Source: an uncultured Gemmatimonadales bacterium
Lineage (GTDB): Bacteria; Gemmatimonadota; Gemmatimonadetes; Gemmatimonadales; GWC2-71-9
Assembly: GCA_963711915.1 (NCBI GenBank)
Contig: CAVQGA010000022.1
Span: forward strand, 232,943-296,942
DNA: 64,000 nucleotides
Reading direction: 5' to 3'
The position numbers were made by a program, and so were the translations under genes. Below are positions 34,943-42,507 of the stretch, piece by piece (the first letter of the stretch is position 1; each line of letters starts with the position of its first letter). Under the pieces are notes generated by a model. That model worked only from the letters and a program-made list of their open reading frames with translations. It was not told the DNA's origin and made no database searches.

Positions 34943-37111
34943 CTACGACGGGTGGGGGGTGGAGCGGCTGATTCCCAGCTTGTCCATTCGGTGGCGCAGA
35001 GTGTTCGGGTGGAGGTTCAGCATTCTTGCCGCTCCCTTCGGACCCTCGACCACGCCGGCGGTCTGCTTCAAGGCAGCGAGGATGTGGTCACGCTCGACCT
35101 CTTTCAGAGTGGCGAACGTGGATGCCGCCGGCTTGGCCGCCTGCCCGGATTCAGCCGCGCCTCGGGACGGCAGGCGGAACTCGCCGGTGGACAGCATGGA
35201 GGCCAGATCGGGCTCCGACCCGAGCATGGGGGTCCGGGCCAGGATGACCGCCCGCTCCATGACGTTTTGGAGCTCCCGCACGTTGCCGGGCCACGCGTAG
35301 CCGGCGAGCTGGTCCATGGCGTCCTGGGAGATCCCCTCCATGTGCTTGCCGAGCTTCTTGGCGTAGTGGAACAGGAAAAACATCGCCAGCTGTGGGATAT
35401 CGGAGCGTCGGTCGCGCAGGGGCGGCACCTCGAGCGGGAACACGTTCAATCGGTAGAACAGGTCGGAGCGAAACCCGCCGGTCGCGACCGCCTCCTTCAG
35501 TCGGCGGTTCGTCGCCGCGATCACCCGCACGTCCACGCGCAGCGGCCGGCTGGTGCCGACGGGCTCGAACTCGTGTTCCTGAAGTACACGCAGCAGCTTG
35601 ACCTGCGTCTCCAACGGCAGCTCTCCGACTTCGTCAAGGAAGATGGTGCCCCCGTCGGCGAGCTCGAACCGGCCGATGCGGCGCTCGATCGCGCCCGTGA
35701 ACGCCCCCTTCACGTGACCGAAGAGCTCGCTCTCCACCAGGCCCGCCGAGATGGCGCTGCAGTTCACCTTCACCAGGGGCCGGTTCTTGCGGGGGCTCCG
35801 GGCGTGTATCGCCCGCGCGATCAATTCCTTCCCGGTCCCCGTCTCCCCGGAGATGAGCACCGTGGAGTCGGTCGGGGCGACCTGTTCGAGCTTCCGGAGC
35901 ACCGCCAACAGCGCTGGGCTGCCGCCGACGACCTCTTCGAAATTGTGCTCGGTGCGGATCTCCTCTTGAAGGTACAGGTTCTCTTTTTCCAGCCTGGCCT
36001 TCAACGCCGCGATTTCTTCATACGACTGCATGTTCTCCACGGCCAGCGCGATCTGATTCGCGAGCTCCTGCAACAGCTCCATATCCTCTTCCGCATACTG
36101 GCCCCTCGTCCTGCTCGCGACGTTGAGCGTCCCGATGCTTCTCCCTCCGACGATCAACGGCACCAGGCAGTCGGCCTTGAAGCCCTCGGCCACGAGACGA
36201 CGATCGTTCGGATACTGCTGCTCGTTCTCGAGATCGCGTCGGAGCACAGGGCACTGCTCATCGAAGACCCGGGCCGCGATCGTTTCCGTGCGGTGGAACT
36301 CCAGCCCCGCCCGGAAATATTCGGAGGGTAGCGGGCCTTCCATGGCGAGGTAACGGAACGTTTCTCTCGCCGGGTTGTACAGCGTAAAGGCTGCTCGGTC
36401 GAAGGGGACGATGCGGCGCAGCGTCTCGGACACGGAGTGAAGTAGGGCGTCCCGGGTGAGGTGGGTGATGATGGCGTTGTTGATCTCGAGCAGCGTGCGA
36501 TAGCGCTCCGCCGTGCGCTCCACCCTCATGTTGAGCGCGCCGATCTCCTCGTACGACGTCATGTTGGCGACCGCGAGCGCGACCTGGTTCGCGACGTCCC
36601 GCAGGAACTCCGCATCCGCTTCGGAGTATTGATTCCGGTTCTCACTCGCGATGTTGAGCGTGCCGAGGCTCTTGCCGCCGAGAATCAAGGGGACCACACA
36701 GAACGATCGGACCCCTTCAGCCAGGAGCCGACGCTCGACCGGAGTTTGCCACTCGGTTTCCAGATCGTGACGAAGGAGAGGTCGCTGCTGGTCGAAGACC
36801 CGGCCCGAGTGACTGTCGTCGCGGGCCATCTCCGCTCCGACCTGGAAATAGTCCGATGACCACTGCCGTGACACCGCGAGGATGCGGAGGGTGTCTCTCG
36901 CAGGGTCATACAGCGTCAAGGCCGCCCGATATATGGGGAGCACCCGCTGCAAGGCCTCGCAGATCGCGTTGAGGAGGCCCTCCTGGGTGAGATTGGTGAT
37001 GATGGCGTTGTTGATCTCGAGGAGAGTGCGCCACCGCTCCTCGCTTCTGCGCGGCGCCTCCGGCGCGTCACCGCCGTGCCCTTCCCCCGGCTGGTCCACA
37101 TCACCCGGCAT
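34943..37111 (-). CDS. sigma54-dependent transcriptional activator with two N-terminal GAF domains (FhlA-like architecture)
   Basis: Duplicated GAF-like segments ([12 protein letters not shown]... occurs twice). AAA+ motifs [14 protein letters not shown] and the ESELFGH loop. C-terminal Fis-type HTH. ATG at 37111. Confidence 0.9.
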   Translation of the reverse strand: MPGDVDQPGEGHGGDAPEAPRRSEERWRTLLEINNAIITNLTQEGLLNAICEALQRVLPIYRAALTLYDPARDTLRILAVSRQWSSDYFQVGAEMARDDSHSGRVFDQQRPLLRHDLETEWQTPVERRLLAEGVRSFCVVPLILGGKSLGTLNIASENRNQYSEADAEFLRDVANQVALAVANMTSYEEIGALNMRVERTAERYRTLLEINNAIITHLTRDALLHSVSETLRRIVPFDRAAFTLYNPARETFRYLAMEGPLPSEYFRAGLEFHRTETIAARVFDEQCPVLRRDLENEQQYPNDRRLVAEGFKADCLVPLIVGGRSIGTLNVASRTRGQYAEEDMELLQELANQIALAVENMQSYEEIAALKARLEKENLYLQEEIRTEHNFEEVVGGSPALLAVLRKLEQVAPTDSTVLISGETGTGKELIARAIHARSPRKNRPLVKVNCSAISAGLVESELFGHVKGAFTGAIERRIGRFELADGGTIFLDEVGELPLETQVKLLRVLQEHEFEPVGTSRPLRVDVRVIAATNRRLKEAVATGGFRSDLFYRLNVFPLEVPPLRDRRSDIPQLAMFFLFHYAKKLGKHMEGISQDAMDQLAGYAWPGNVRELQNVMERAVILARTPMLGSEPDLASMLSTGEFRLPSRGAAESGQAAKPAASTFATLKEVERDHILAALKQTAGVVEGPKGAARMLNLHPNTLRHRMDKLGISRSTPHPS

Positions 37112-37479
37112 GACGACTCCCCGGCTGCTCACACGCGAAAGCAGATGCCACCGGTGGTTGTGGGAGCCAGGCCGGATTTCTGGCGCAGCGTCCCGACGGT
37201 GAACTGCACGCTTCCACGGTGAGTACCGCAAAGTCTGCTGCCTGAGTACCACGACGTCAAGAATTACAAGGGACTTACGGAGGCGAACCTGGTCTCGGGG
37301 TCGCTCGGTTTCCGGGCTCGACCGCGCTCTGATCGATGCTGGGAGGGTGCACGGAACATGGCGTGGGGTCACCCCGGAAGGGACGGCGGCTACGCCAGGC
37401 GCCAGGTACCGCGCCACCTGGCCGAGGGTGTGGTGAAGCGGTGTGGGGCGTGCCCATCTACCAAGCCCGAAAATGCCGA

Positions 37480-37522
37480 TTGACGCCACTGGGCTTCGGT
37501 TTATATTCGGGTACGACGTGCC
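37480..37522 (+). promoter_or_regulatory. strong sigma70-type promoter (TTGACG-N16-TATATT) with abutting imperfect palindrome GGTACGACGTGCC (candidate operator)
   Basis: -35 at 37480-37485 and -10 at 37502-37507. The 13-mer at 37510-37522 pairs at 5 of 6 positions around a central A. It is also flanked by TTCGG...CCGAA (37505-37524). Confidence 0.55.
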
Positions 37523-37548
37523 GAATGGAACCGAACCGCGGAGCCGCC

Positions 37549-37722
37549 ATGCCTTCCTCTCACCCCTGCCGCCCCTCGCTGTCTCCGACACGGTACCTCC
37601 CGGCCCAGCGCGGCTCCGCTCCCGAAACCACGCTCCGCGTCTGCCCCGAATGCGCCAACCCGCTCGTCCGCGCGTCCGGCTGCGTGAGCTGCCGCCACTG
37701 CGGCTGGGCCCGCTGCGGGTGA
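37549..37722 (+). CDS. small zinc-ribbon protein (CPEC...CRHC), 57 aa
   Basis: GGAG lies 5 nt upstream of ATG 37549. C-terminal VCPECANPLVRASGCVSCRHCGW. The stop overlaps the next gene's GTG (GTGA at 37719-37722). An alternative ATG is at 37525. Confidence 0.55.
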   Translation: MPSSHPCRPSLSPTRYLPAQRGSAPETTLRVCPECANPLVRASGCVSCRHCGWARCG

Positions 37723-38750
37723 CGGCCCGGCAGCTCGACCTCCTGCCGTCGTCCGGGACGGCGGAGCCGAGGTGGCAGGTGCTGGACGAGCGCGGTCGCG
37801 GCACCCGGTTTCTCGCGCTCTCGGTGCGGTCGGTGCTCAACACCTCCGCCACGACGGGCATGGGCTTCTGGTCCATCAACCCCTACGTCGGCTGCGAGTT
37901 CGGCTGCACGTACTGCTACGCGCGGGACACCCATCGCTACGCGATGGAGCGGAGTGGCGTCCCGGCCGAGCCGCTGCCGGCGTGGCAGGCGTTCGAGCAG
38001 CGGATTCTGGTCAAGACCGGGGTCGCGGACGTGCTGGCGCGGACGCTCGACCCCTCCCGGCTCGGCGAGCACTCGCTGGTCATCGGCACCGCCACCGATC
38101 CCTACCAGCCCGCTGAGCGGCGGTTCCGGCTCACGCGCCGGGTGCTGGAGGTGCTGCTGCAGCATCGCGGGCTGGCGCTCGGCGTCATCACCAAGTCGCC
38201 GCTCGTGACGCGCGACATCGACCTGCTCGGCCGGCTCGGCGAGCGGCACGAGGTGACGGTCAACATCTCGCTCGCCACGCTGGACCGGCGTCTCGCCCGC
38301 CGGCTCGAGCTCCGCTCGCCGGTGCCGGAGGCGCGGATCCGGGCACTCGGCCGGCTCACCGCCGCGGGCATCCACGCGGGGCTCCTGGTAGCGCCGATCC
38401 TCCCCGGCATCACCGACGACCGCGCGGGGCTCGACCGCCTGATGGGCGCGGCGAAGGAGGCGGGTGCCCGCTACGTGGTCGGGTCGGCGCTCCGGCTCGG
38501 CCCCGCGGCGCGGCAGCGCTTCCTTCCCATGCTCGCCCGGGAGTTTCCGGGGCTCGCCGAGCGCTACGCCCGGCACTACGCCCGGAGCGAGGGCGTGAGC
38601 GCGGCCTACCAGCGCGCGCTGTCGGAACGCCTGCACCAACTGCAACGGCACCATGGCTTCCCGGTGGAGGAAGGCCGCCGCCGGCGGCAGCAGCTCGAAG
38701 GGCGGGAGCACCGGCTGCCGGCGTCGGAGCAGCAGCCGCGGCTGCTGTGA
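37719..38750 (+). CDS. radical SAM protein, Rv2578c / SplB-like (COG1533 DNA repair photolyase family)
   Basis: INPYVGCEFGCTYCYARDTH contains the CxxxCxxC radical SAM cluster in the sequence context typical of this family. Confidence 0.8.
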   Translation: MTARQLDLLPSSGTAEPRWQVLDERGRGTRFLALSVRSVLNTSATTGMGFWSINPYVGCEFGCTYCYARDTHRYAMERSGVPAEPLPAWQAFEQRILVKTGVADVLARTLDPSRLGEHSLVIGTATDPYQPAERRFRLTRRVLEVLLQHRGLALGVITKSPLVTRDIDLLGRLGERHEVTVNISLATLDRRLARRLELRSPVPEARIRALGRLTAAGIHAGLLVAPILPGITDDRAGLDRLMGAAKEAGARYVVGSALRLGPAARQRFLPMLAREFPGLAERYARHYARSEGVSAAYQRALSERLHQLQRHHGFPVEEGRRRRQQLEGREHRLPASEQQPRLL

Positions 38751-39991
38751 TGCGCTCCGTCCTCTTCGTCGACCCGCCCGCCTTCTGCACCACCGTCGAA
38801 GGCCTCGTGGCGCCGGCCCTCCGGACGCGGCCCGTCGCGGTGGCGCCGCCGGGGGCCGACCGCGCCACCATCCTCGCGCTCTCGGCGGAGGCGCGGCTGG
38901 CGGGAATCGAGCGGGGCATGCCGGTGCGGCAGGCGCTCAAGCGCTGTCCCGATCTCGTGCTGCTGCCGCCCAATCCGCAGCTCTACGCCCGGGCCTCGCG
39001 CGCGCTCCACGAGGTGCTCCGGATCTACGCGCCGGTCATCGAGCCTCACGGCTACGGCCACGCCTTCCTCGACCTCACCGGCACCGGGCGGCTCTTCGGC
39101 CCGGCGGTGGACGTGGCCGCGCGAGTGCAGCGCGAGATCCGCGAGCGGCTCCGGCTGCCGGTCTCGGTGGGTGTGGCCGCCAACAAGCTGGTGAGCCAGG
39201 CCGCCACGACGGTGGTCAAGCCCGAGCCGCTGCTCGAGGTGCCGGGTGGCTCGGAGGCGAGCTTCCTCGCGCCCCATCCGCTCGACGTGCTGCCCGAGCT
39301 GCATCCCCGGATGCGGCAGCGGCTCGACGACTATCAGCTCGACCTCATCGGGGAGGTCGCCGCCATCACCGAGAGCGCGCTGTGCGCGGTCTTCGGCGGC
39401 GCGGGGCGCATGCTCCGGGCGCAGGCGCGCGGCATCGATCCGCGTCCGGTGCTGCCGCCCGAGCGGCAGGCCGAGTTCCACGTCGCCCACGCGCTGGCCA
39501 CCGACACCAACGACCTCGGCGTGCTGCACCCGCTGCTCCGGGTGCTCGGCGAGCGGCTCGGCCGCCGGCTCCGCCGGCGCGGGCTCGTGGCGCGGCGGCT
39601 CCGGGTCGCGCTCACCTACGCCGACCACACCGCCGCCACCCGCGCCGTGGCGCTCCGCGGGGCGGCGCTCGACGCCGAGCTGTGGGACGCGGCGCGCCGC
39701 GCGTTCACCCAGGCCAACGCCCGGCGGCTCGCGGTCCGGAGGGTATCGCTCACGCTGGACCGGCTGGAGGAAGCGGAGGGGCAACTGGATCTGTGGGGGA
39801 TGGTCATGGCGGGAGGGGCGGAGACGGGAACAGGCAACGAGCTGCCCGGCGCGGAGTCCGGCTCCGGCCTTGGCGCGGGATTCCCCGCGCGCTCCCGCCC
39901 CCGCGCCCTGCAGCAGGCCCTCGACCGCATCACCACCCGCTACGGCGCGCGCGCGGTCGCCAGCGCGGCCGTGCACGCGCTCACCAGGTGA
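38747..39991 (+). CDS. Y-family DNA polymerase-fold protein lacking catalytic acidic residues (ImuB-like)
   Basis: VLFVDPPAFCTTVE (versus the D-x-D of active DinB/Dpo4) and YGHAFLDLTG (versus SIDEAYLD). VGVAANKLVSQAA is conserved. QLDLWG at 39782-39799 resembles a beta-clamp-binding motif. GTG 38747 / ATG 38750 overlap the upstream stop. Confidence 0.75.
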   Translation: MMRSVLFVDPPAFCTTVEGLVAPALRTRPVAVAPPGADRATILALSAEARLAGIERGMPVRQALKRCPDLVLLPPNPQLYARASRALHEVLRIYAPVIEPHGYGHAFLDLTGTGRLFGPAVDVAARVQREIRERLRLPVSVGVAANKLVSQAATTVVKPEPLLEVPGGSEASFLAPHPLDVLPELHPRMRQRLDDYQLDLIGEVAAITESALCAVFGGAGRMLRAQARGIDPRPVLPPERQAEFHVAHALATDTNDLGVLHPLLRVLGERLGRRLRRRGLVARRLRVALTYADHTAATRAVALRGAALDAELWDAARRAFTQANARRLAVRRVSLTLDRLEEAEGQLDLWGMVMAGGAETGTGNELPGAESGSGLGAGFPARSRPRALQQALDRITTRYGARAVASAAVHALTR

Positions 39992-40045
39992 CGATCACTT
40001 TGCCGAAGGCCTCGTTCGCCTCGCGCGCCCGCTGGCCTCCGAAAT
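39953..40045. repeat. copy A of a ~100-bp imperfect direct repeat (3' end of the ImuB-like gene plus a 22-codon fragment of the qor 3' end on the opposite strand)
   Basis: GCGGTCGCCAGCGCGG...ACGCGCTCACCAGGTGAC...TTGCCGAAGG.CTCGTTCGCCTCG is shared with 40746-40855. The reverse strand reads MDFGGQRAREANEAFGKVIVTW*, versus the true Qor C terminus ...HRALEANETFGKVVVTW*. Confidence 0.8.
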
Positions 40046-40152
40046 CCATGACGACGGAGTAAGGTGTGAGGCACGTCACCGTGAGAAGCGCTCCAGCCGT
40101 ACAATGTCCTGTCGCTGCCCCTGGATTCAGTCCTTCACAGCGGGAGGGAACC

Positions 40153-40686
40153 ATGACACGCTGGACCGCCGCGGCCATGATGCTGCTGGTCTGCGCCTGT
40201 AACGAGAAGAACCGGGGCACCGTGAGCGGTGCCGTGTCGTCTGCCCGGGAAACGTCCGACTCGGCGCTGGCGGGGGTGCGGGCGAACGCCGACACCGCGC
40301 TCACCGGTGCCCGCGCCAATGCTGACTCAGCGCTCGCCGGCGCTCGCGGCACCGCCGAGAAGGCCTTGCGTGGCGATACGTCTGCGACGCCGAACGCGGC
40401 GTCCGAGTCAGGCGCCGCCGCTGCGGGCACGCCAGCGAAGCCCAGTGGCGAGGCGGCGATGAGCCCGGCGCGGGGGGCCAATTTCGATTTGTCCGCCCTC
40501 TCGAGCGATAACGTGAAGGAGCTGCAGGCCGCCCTCAACGGCGCCGGCTGCAAGGCCGGACCGGAGGACGGGATCGCGGGCCCACGCACCCAGCAAGGGA
40601 TCGCCTGCGGCATGCAGAAGGAGAACATTTCGGGGCAGGATCTCAACGCCCTCTATAAGGCGCTGCACCTCAATTTCGGCGGCTAG
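40153..40686 (+). CDS. lipoprotein with Ala-rich 11-mer repeats and C-terminal peptidoglycan-binding-like domain
   Basis: RBS GGGAGGG. Lipobox MMLLVCAC. Repeats ALAGVRANADTALTGARANADSALAGARG. C-terminal LQAALNGAGCKAGPEDGIAGPRTQQGI follows the PG_binding_1 pattern. Confidence 0.7.
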   Translation: MTRWTAAAMMLLVCACNEKNRGTVSGAVSSARETSDSALAGVRANADTALTGARANADSALAGARGTAEKALRGDTSATPNAASESGAAAAGTPAKPSGEAAMSPARGANFDLSALSSDNVKELQAALNGAGCKAGPEDGIAGPRTQQGIACGMQKENISGQDLNALYKALHLNFGG

Positions 40687-40745
40687 CGGCGCCGAGCTTC
40701 GATCCTCACGGCCCGCCGGGGACTTCCCCGGCGCGGCTGAGGGCG

Positions 40746-40855
40746 GCGGTCGCCAGCGCGGTCGCGCCCGCTCACGGTGTACGCGCTCTCACCAGGTGAC
40801 CACCACCTTGCCGAAGGTCTCGTTCGCCTCGAGCGCGCGGTGGGCCTCGACCAGC
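40746..40855. repeat. copy B of the ~100-bp imperfect direct repeat (true qor 3' end plus a relic of the ImuB-like C terminus)
   Basis: Same shared blocks as copy A, with a ~13-15-nt extra segment. The + strand reads ...AAVASAVAPAHGVRALTR*, echoing the ImuB-like C terminus ...ARAVASAAVHALTR*. Confidence 0.8.
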
Positions 40856-41766
40856 TCCGCCATGGGATAGCTGCGCTCCAGCACCGGCCGGAGCGGCGCC
40901 GCGTGCTCGATACGACGGTCGAACAGCGGCAGCATCCGCTCGGCGAAGCCTCGCACCAGCGCCGCGCGCTCCTCCGACCCCCGCGTTCGCATCACCGTGC
41001 CGATCACCTCGAGCCGCTTCCGGAGGATTGGTCCCAGGTCCGCGGTCGCCCGGCTCCCGGCCAGGAAGCCCAGCAGGATCAGCCGCCCGCGCGGCGCCAG
41101 CACCGCGAGGTTGTCGGCGAAGGCGGGACCGCCGAGCACGTCGAGCACGACATCCACCGGGTCACCCACGACGTCGCGGAACCCCGCCCGGCTGGTGTCG
41201 ATCCCGACGTCGAGCCCGTAGACGGTGGCCCGCGCGAGCTTGTCGGCGCTCCGGGAGGTGCCGAGGACGGTGGCGCCGAGGTGCTTGGCGATCTGCGCCG
41301 CCGCGGTGCCGACGCCGCTCCCCACCGCGTGGATCAGCACCCGCTCGCCCGAGGCCAGCCGCGCGCGGGTGACCAGCGCATCGTACGCGGTGAGAAACAC
41401 CTCCGGGATCGCCGCCGCTTCGGCGAAGGAGAGGTCCGCCGGCACCGCCAGCACCTCGTCCTCGTGCGCCGTCAGCAGCTCCGCCTGCGCGCCGCCGCCT
41501 ACCAGGCCCATGACCCGGTCGCCCACCTTCCACTTCGAGACCCCGCGCACCGCCTCGACCTCGCCGGCGTACTCCATGCCGGGGATGTCGGCCGGCCAGC
41601 CGGGGGGCGCCGCGTACTGGCCGCGCCGCTGGATCAGGTCGGCCCGGTTGAGCCCGGCGGCGTGAACGCGCACGCGAATGTGCCCCGGCCGCACCTCGGG
41701 CTTCGGGACGTCGCCCATCGAGATGACCTCGGGGCCGCCGGCACCGGTATAGATCACCGCGCGCAT
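40789..41766 (-). CDS. NADPH:quinone oxidoreductase (zeta-crystallin-like medium-chain dehydrogenase)
   Basis: HAAGLNRADL, GERVLIHAVGSGVGTAAAQIAK and C-terminal FGKVVVTW. Confidence 0.85.
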   Translation of the reverse strand: MRAVIYTGAGGPEVISMGDVPKPEVRPGHIRVRVHAAGLNRADLIQRRGQYAAPPGWPADIPGMEYAGEVEAVRGVSKWKVGDRVMGLVGGGAQAELLTAHEDEVLAVPADLSFAEAAAIPEVFLTAYDALVTRARLASGERVLIHAVGSGVGTAAAQIAKHLGATVLGTSRSADKLARATVYGLDVGIDTSRAGFRDVVGDPVDVVLDVLGGPAFADNLAVLAPRGRLILLGFLAGSRATADLGPILRKRLEVIGTVMRTRGSEERAALVRGFAERMLPLFDRRIEHAAPLRPVLERSYPMAELVEAHRALEANETFGKVVVTW

Positions 41767-41773
41767 GGGCCGC

Positions 41774-42142
41774 TCAATACATGAACTCCTCGTGCACGAT
41801 CTTTCCGTTCGCGACGGTGTAGACCGCCACTTCCTCCATCGTCGTCCGCTTCCCGCTCTCGGGCCCCATTTTCGGGGTCAGGTCGTAGTGATACACCACA
41901 GCGAAGCGATCCCCCAGCACGTACGGGCCGCGGGCATTGGCGGCGTGGACGTCGTTGTGCTGCACCCACCACTCGCCCTTCCGCCGGCTCGCCTCGATGC
42001 CCCTGCTCTCCGCCGACATGCCCGGCGGGGCGAAGGCTTCGATGCTCACGATGTCGGGGCTGTAGAGCTCGGTCTTGGCCTCGTCGTTCTTGCCCTCGCG
42101 GCAGAGCTCCACCAGCCGCTCGGCGACCTGCTTGGTATCCAT
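41774..42142 (-). CDS. SnoaL/NTF2-like fold protein
   Basis: 122 aa, RBS GGGAGGA. LYSPDIVSIE...W.....ANGKIVHEEF pattern is typical of SnoaL-like small proteins. Confidence 0.6.
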   Translation of the reverse strand: MDTKQVAERLVELCREGKNDEAKTELYSPDIVSIEAFAPPGMSAESRGIEASRRKGEWWVQHNDVHAANARGPYVLGDRFAVVYHYDLTPKMGPESGKRTTMEEVAVYTVANGKIVHEEFMY

Positions 42143-42217
42143 TGCCTTGTCCTCCCGTCCTGGGTTTCGCGCCTTCCTGCAGACCCGCAATCTAGCCCGA
42201 CCGATATCCTTAGTCGT

Positions 42218-42237
42218 CTTGATACCGCCTTGATACC
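42218..42237 (+). promoter_or_regulatory. candidate KdpE binding site: direct repeat CTTGATACC-N2-CTTGATACC (11-bp phasing) followed by CCCCGCCCC
   Basis: Repeats at 42218-42226 and 42229-42237, ~70-90 nt upstream of the first kdp-operon ORF. From memory it closely resembles the E. coli kdpFABC operator TTTATAC-N4-TTTACACCCCGCCCG. Confidence 0.6.
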
Positions 42238-42306
42238 CCCGCCCCGCTTTCTGACCTCGCCCTGACACCCCGCGCCCTACGTTCCCATCCAGACACCGGA
42301 GGAACC

Positions 42307-42420
42307 ATGGGCGACCTGCTCTACCTGCTCGGCACGATCGGCTTCTTCGTCGCGATGCTGCTGTACGTCCGGGCGATCCGCCGGCTGGGCGAACGCTCCT
42401 CGCACCAGCAGCCGCGATGA
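42307..42420 (+). CDS. small hydrophobic peptide (37 aa) preceding kdpF
   Basis: GGAGG lies 4-5 nt upstream of ATG 42307. MGDLLYLLGTIGFFVAMLLYVRAIRRLGERSSHQQPR has one TM helix. Its stop overlaps the kdpF start (ATGA). Too short for the ORF track. Confidence 0.5.
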   Translation: MGDLLYLLGTIGFFVAMLLYVRAIRRLGERSSHQQPR

Positions 42421-42506
42421 GCCCCGAATCGCTCATCGGTCTGGGCGTGGCGATCGCCGTGCTCGGATACCTGCTGTACACGCTGCTGCGCCCGGAACGG
42501 TTCTGA
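42417..42506 (+). CDS. kdpF: K+-transporting ATPase subunit F
   Basis: MSPESLIGLGVAIAVLGYLLYTLLRPERF has the KdpF hallmark YLxYxLLRPExF. It ends 1 nt before the kdpA ATG. Confidence 0.8.
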   Translation: MSPESLIGLGVAIAVLGYLLYTLLRPERF

Positions 42507-42507
42507 C

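Noticed and set aside
34817-36331. 504-aa plus-strand ORF
   Set aside because: It is antisense to the sigma54 activator AAA+ domain and has no motifs.
37440-37560. Search for a canonical LexA box (GAAC-N4-GTTC, GTTC-N7-GTTC or CTGT-N8-ACAG) at the cassette promoter
   Set aside because: No canonical box is present. Only the lineage-unknown imperfect palindrome GGTACGACGTGCC was found, so SOS control remains a hypothesis.
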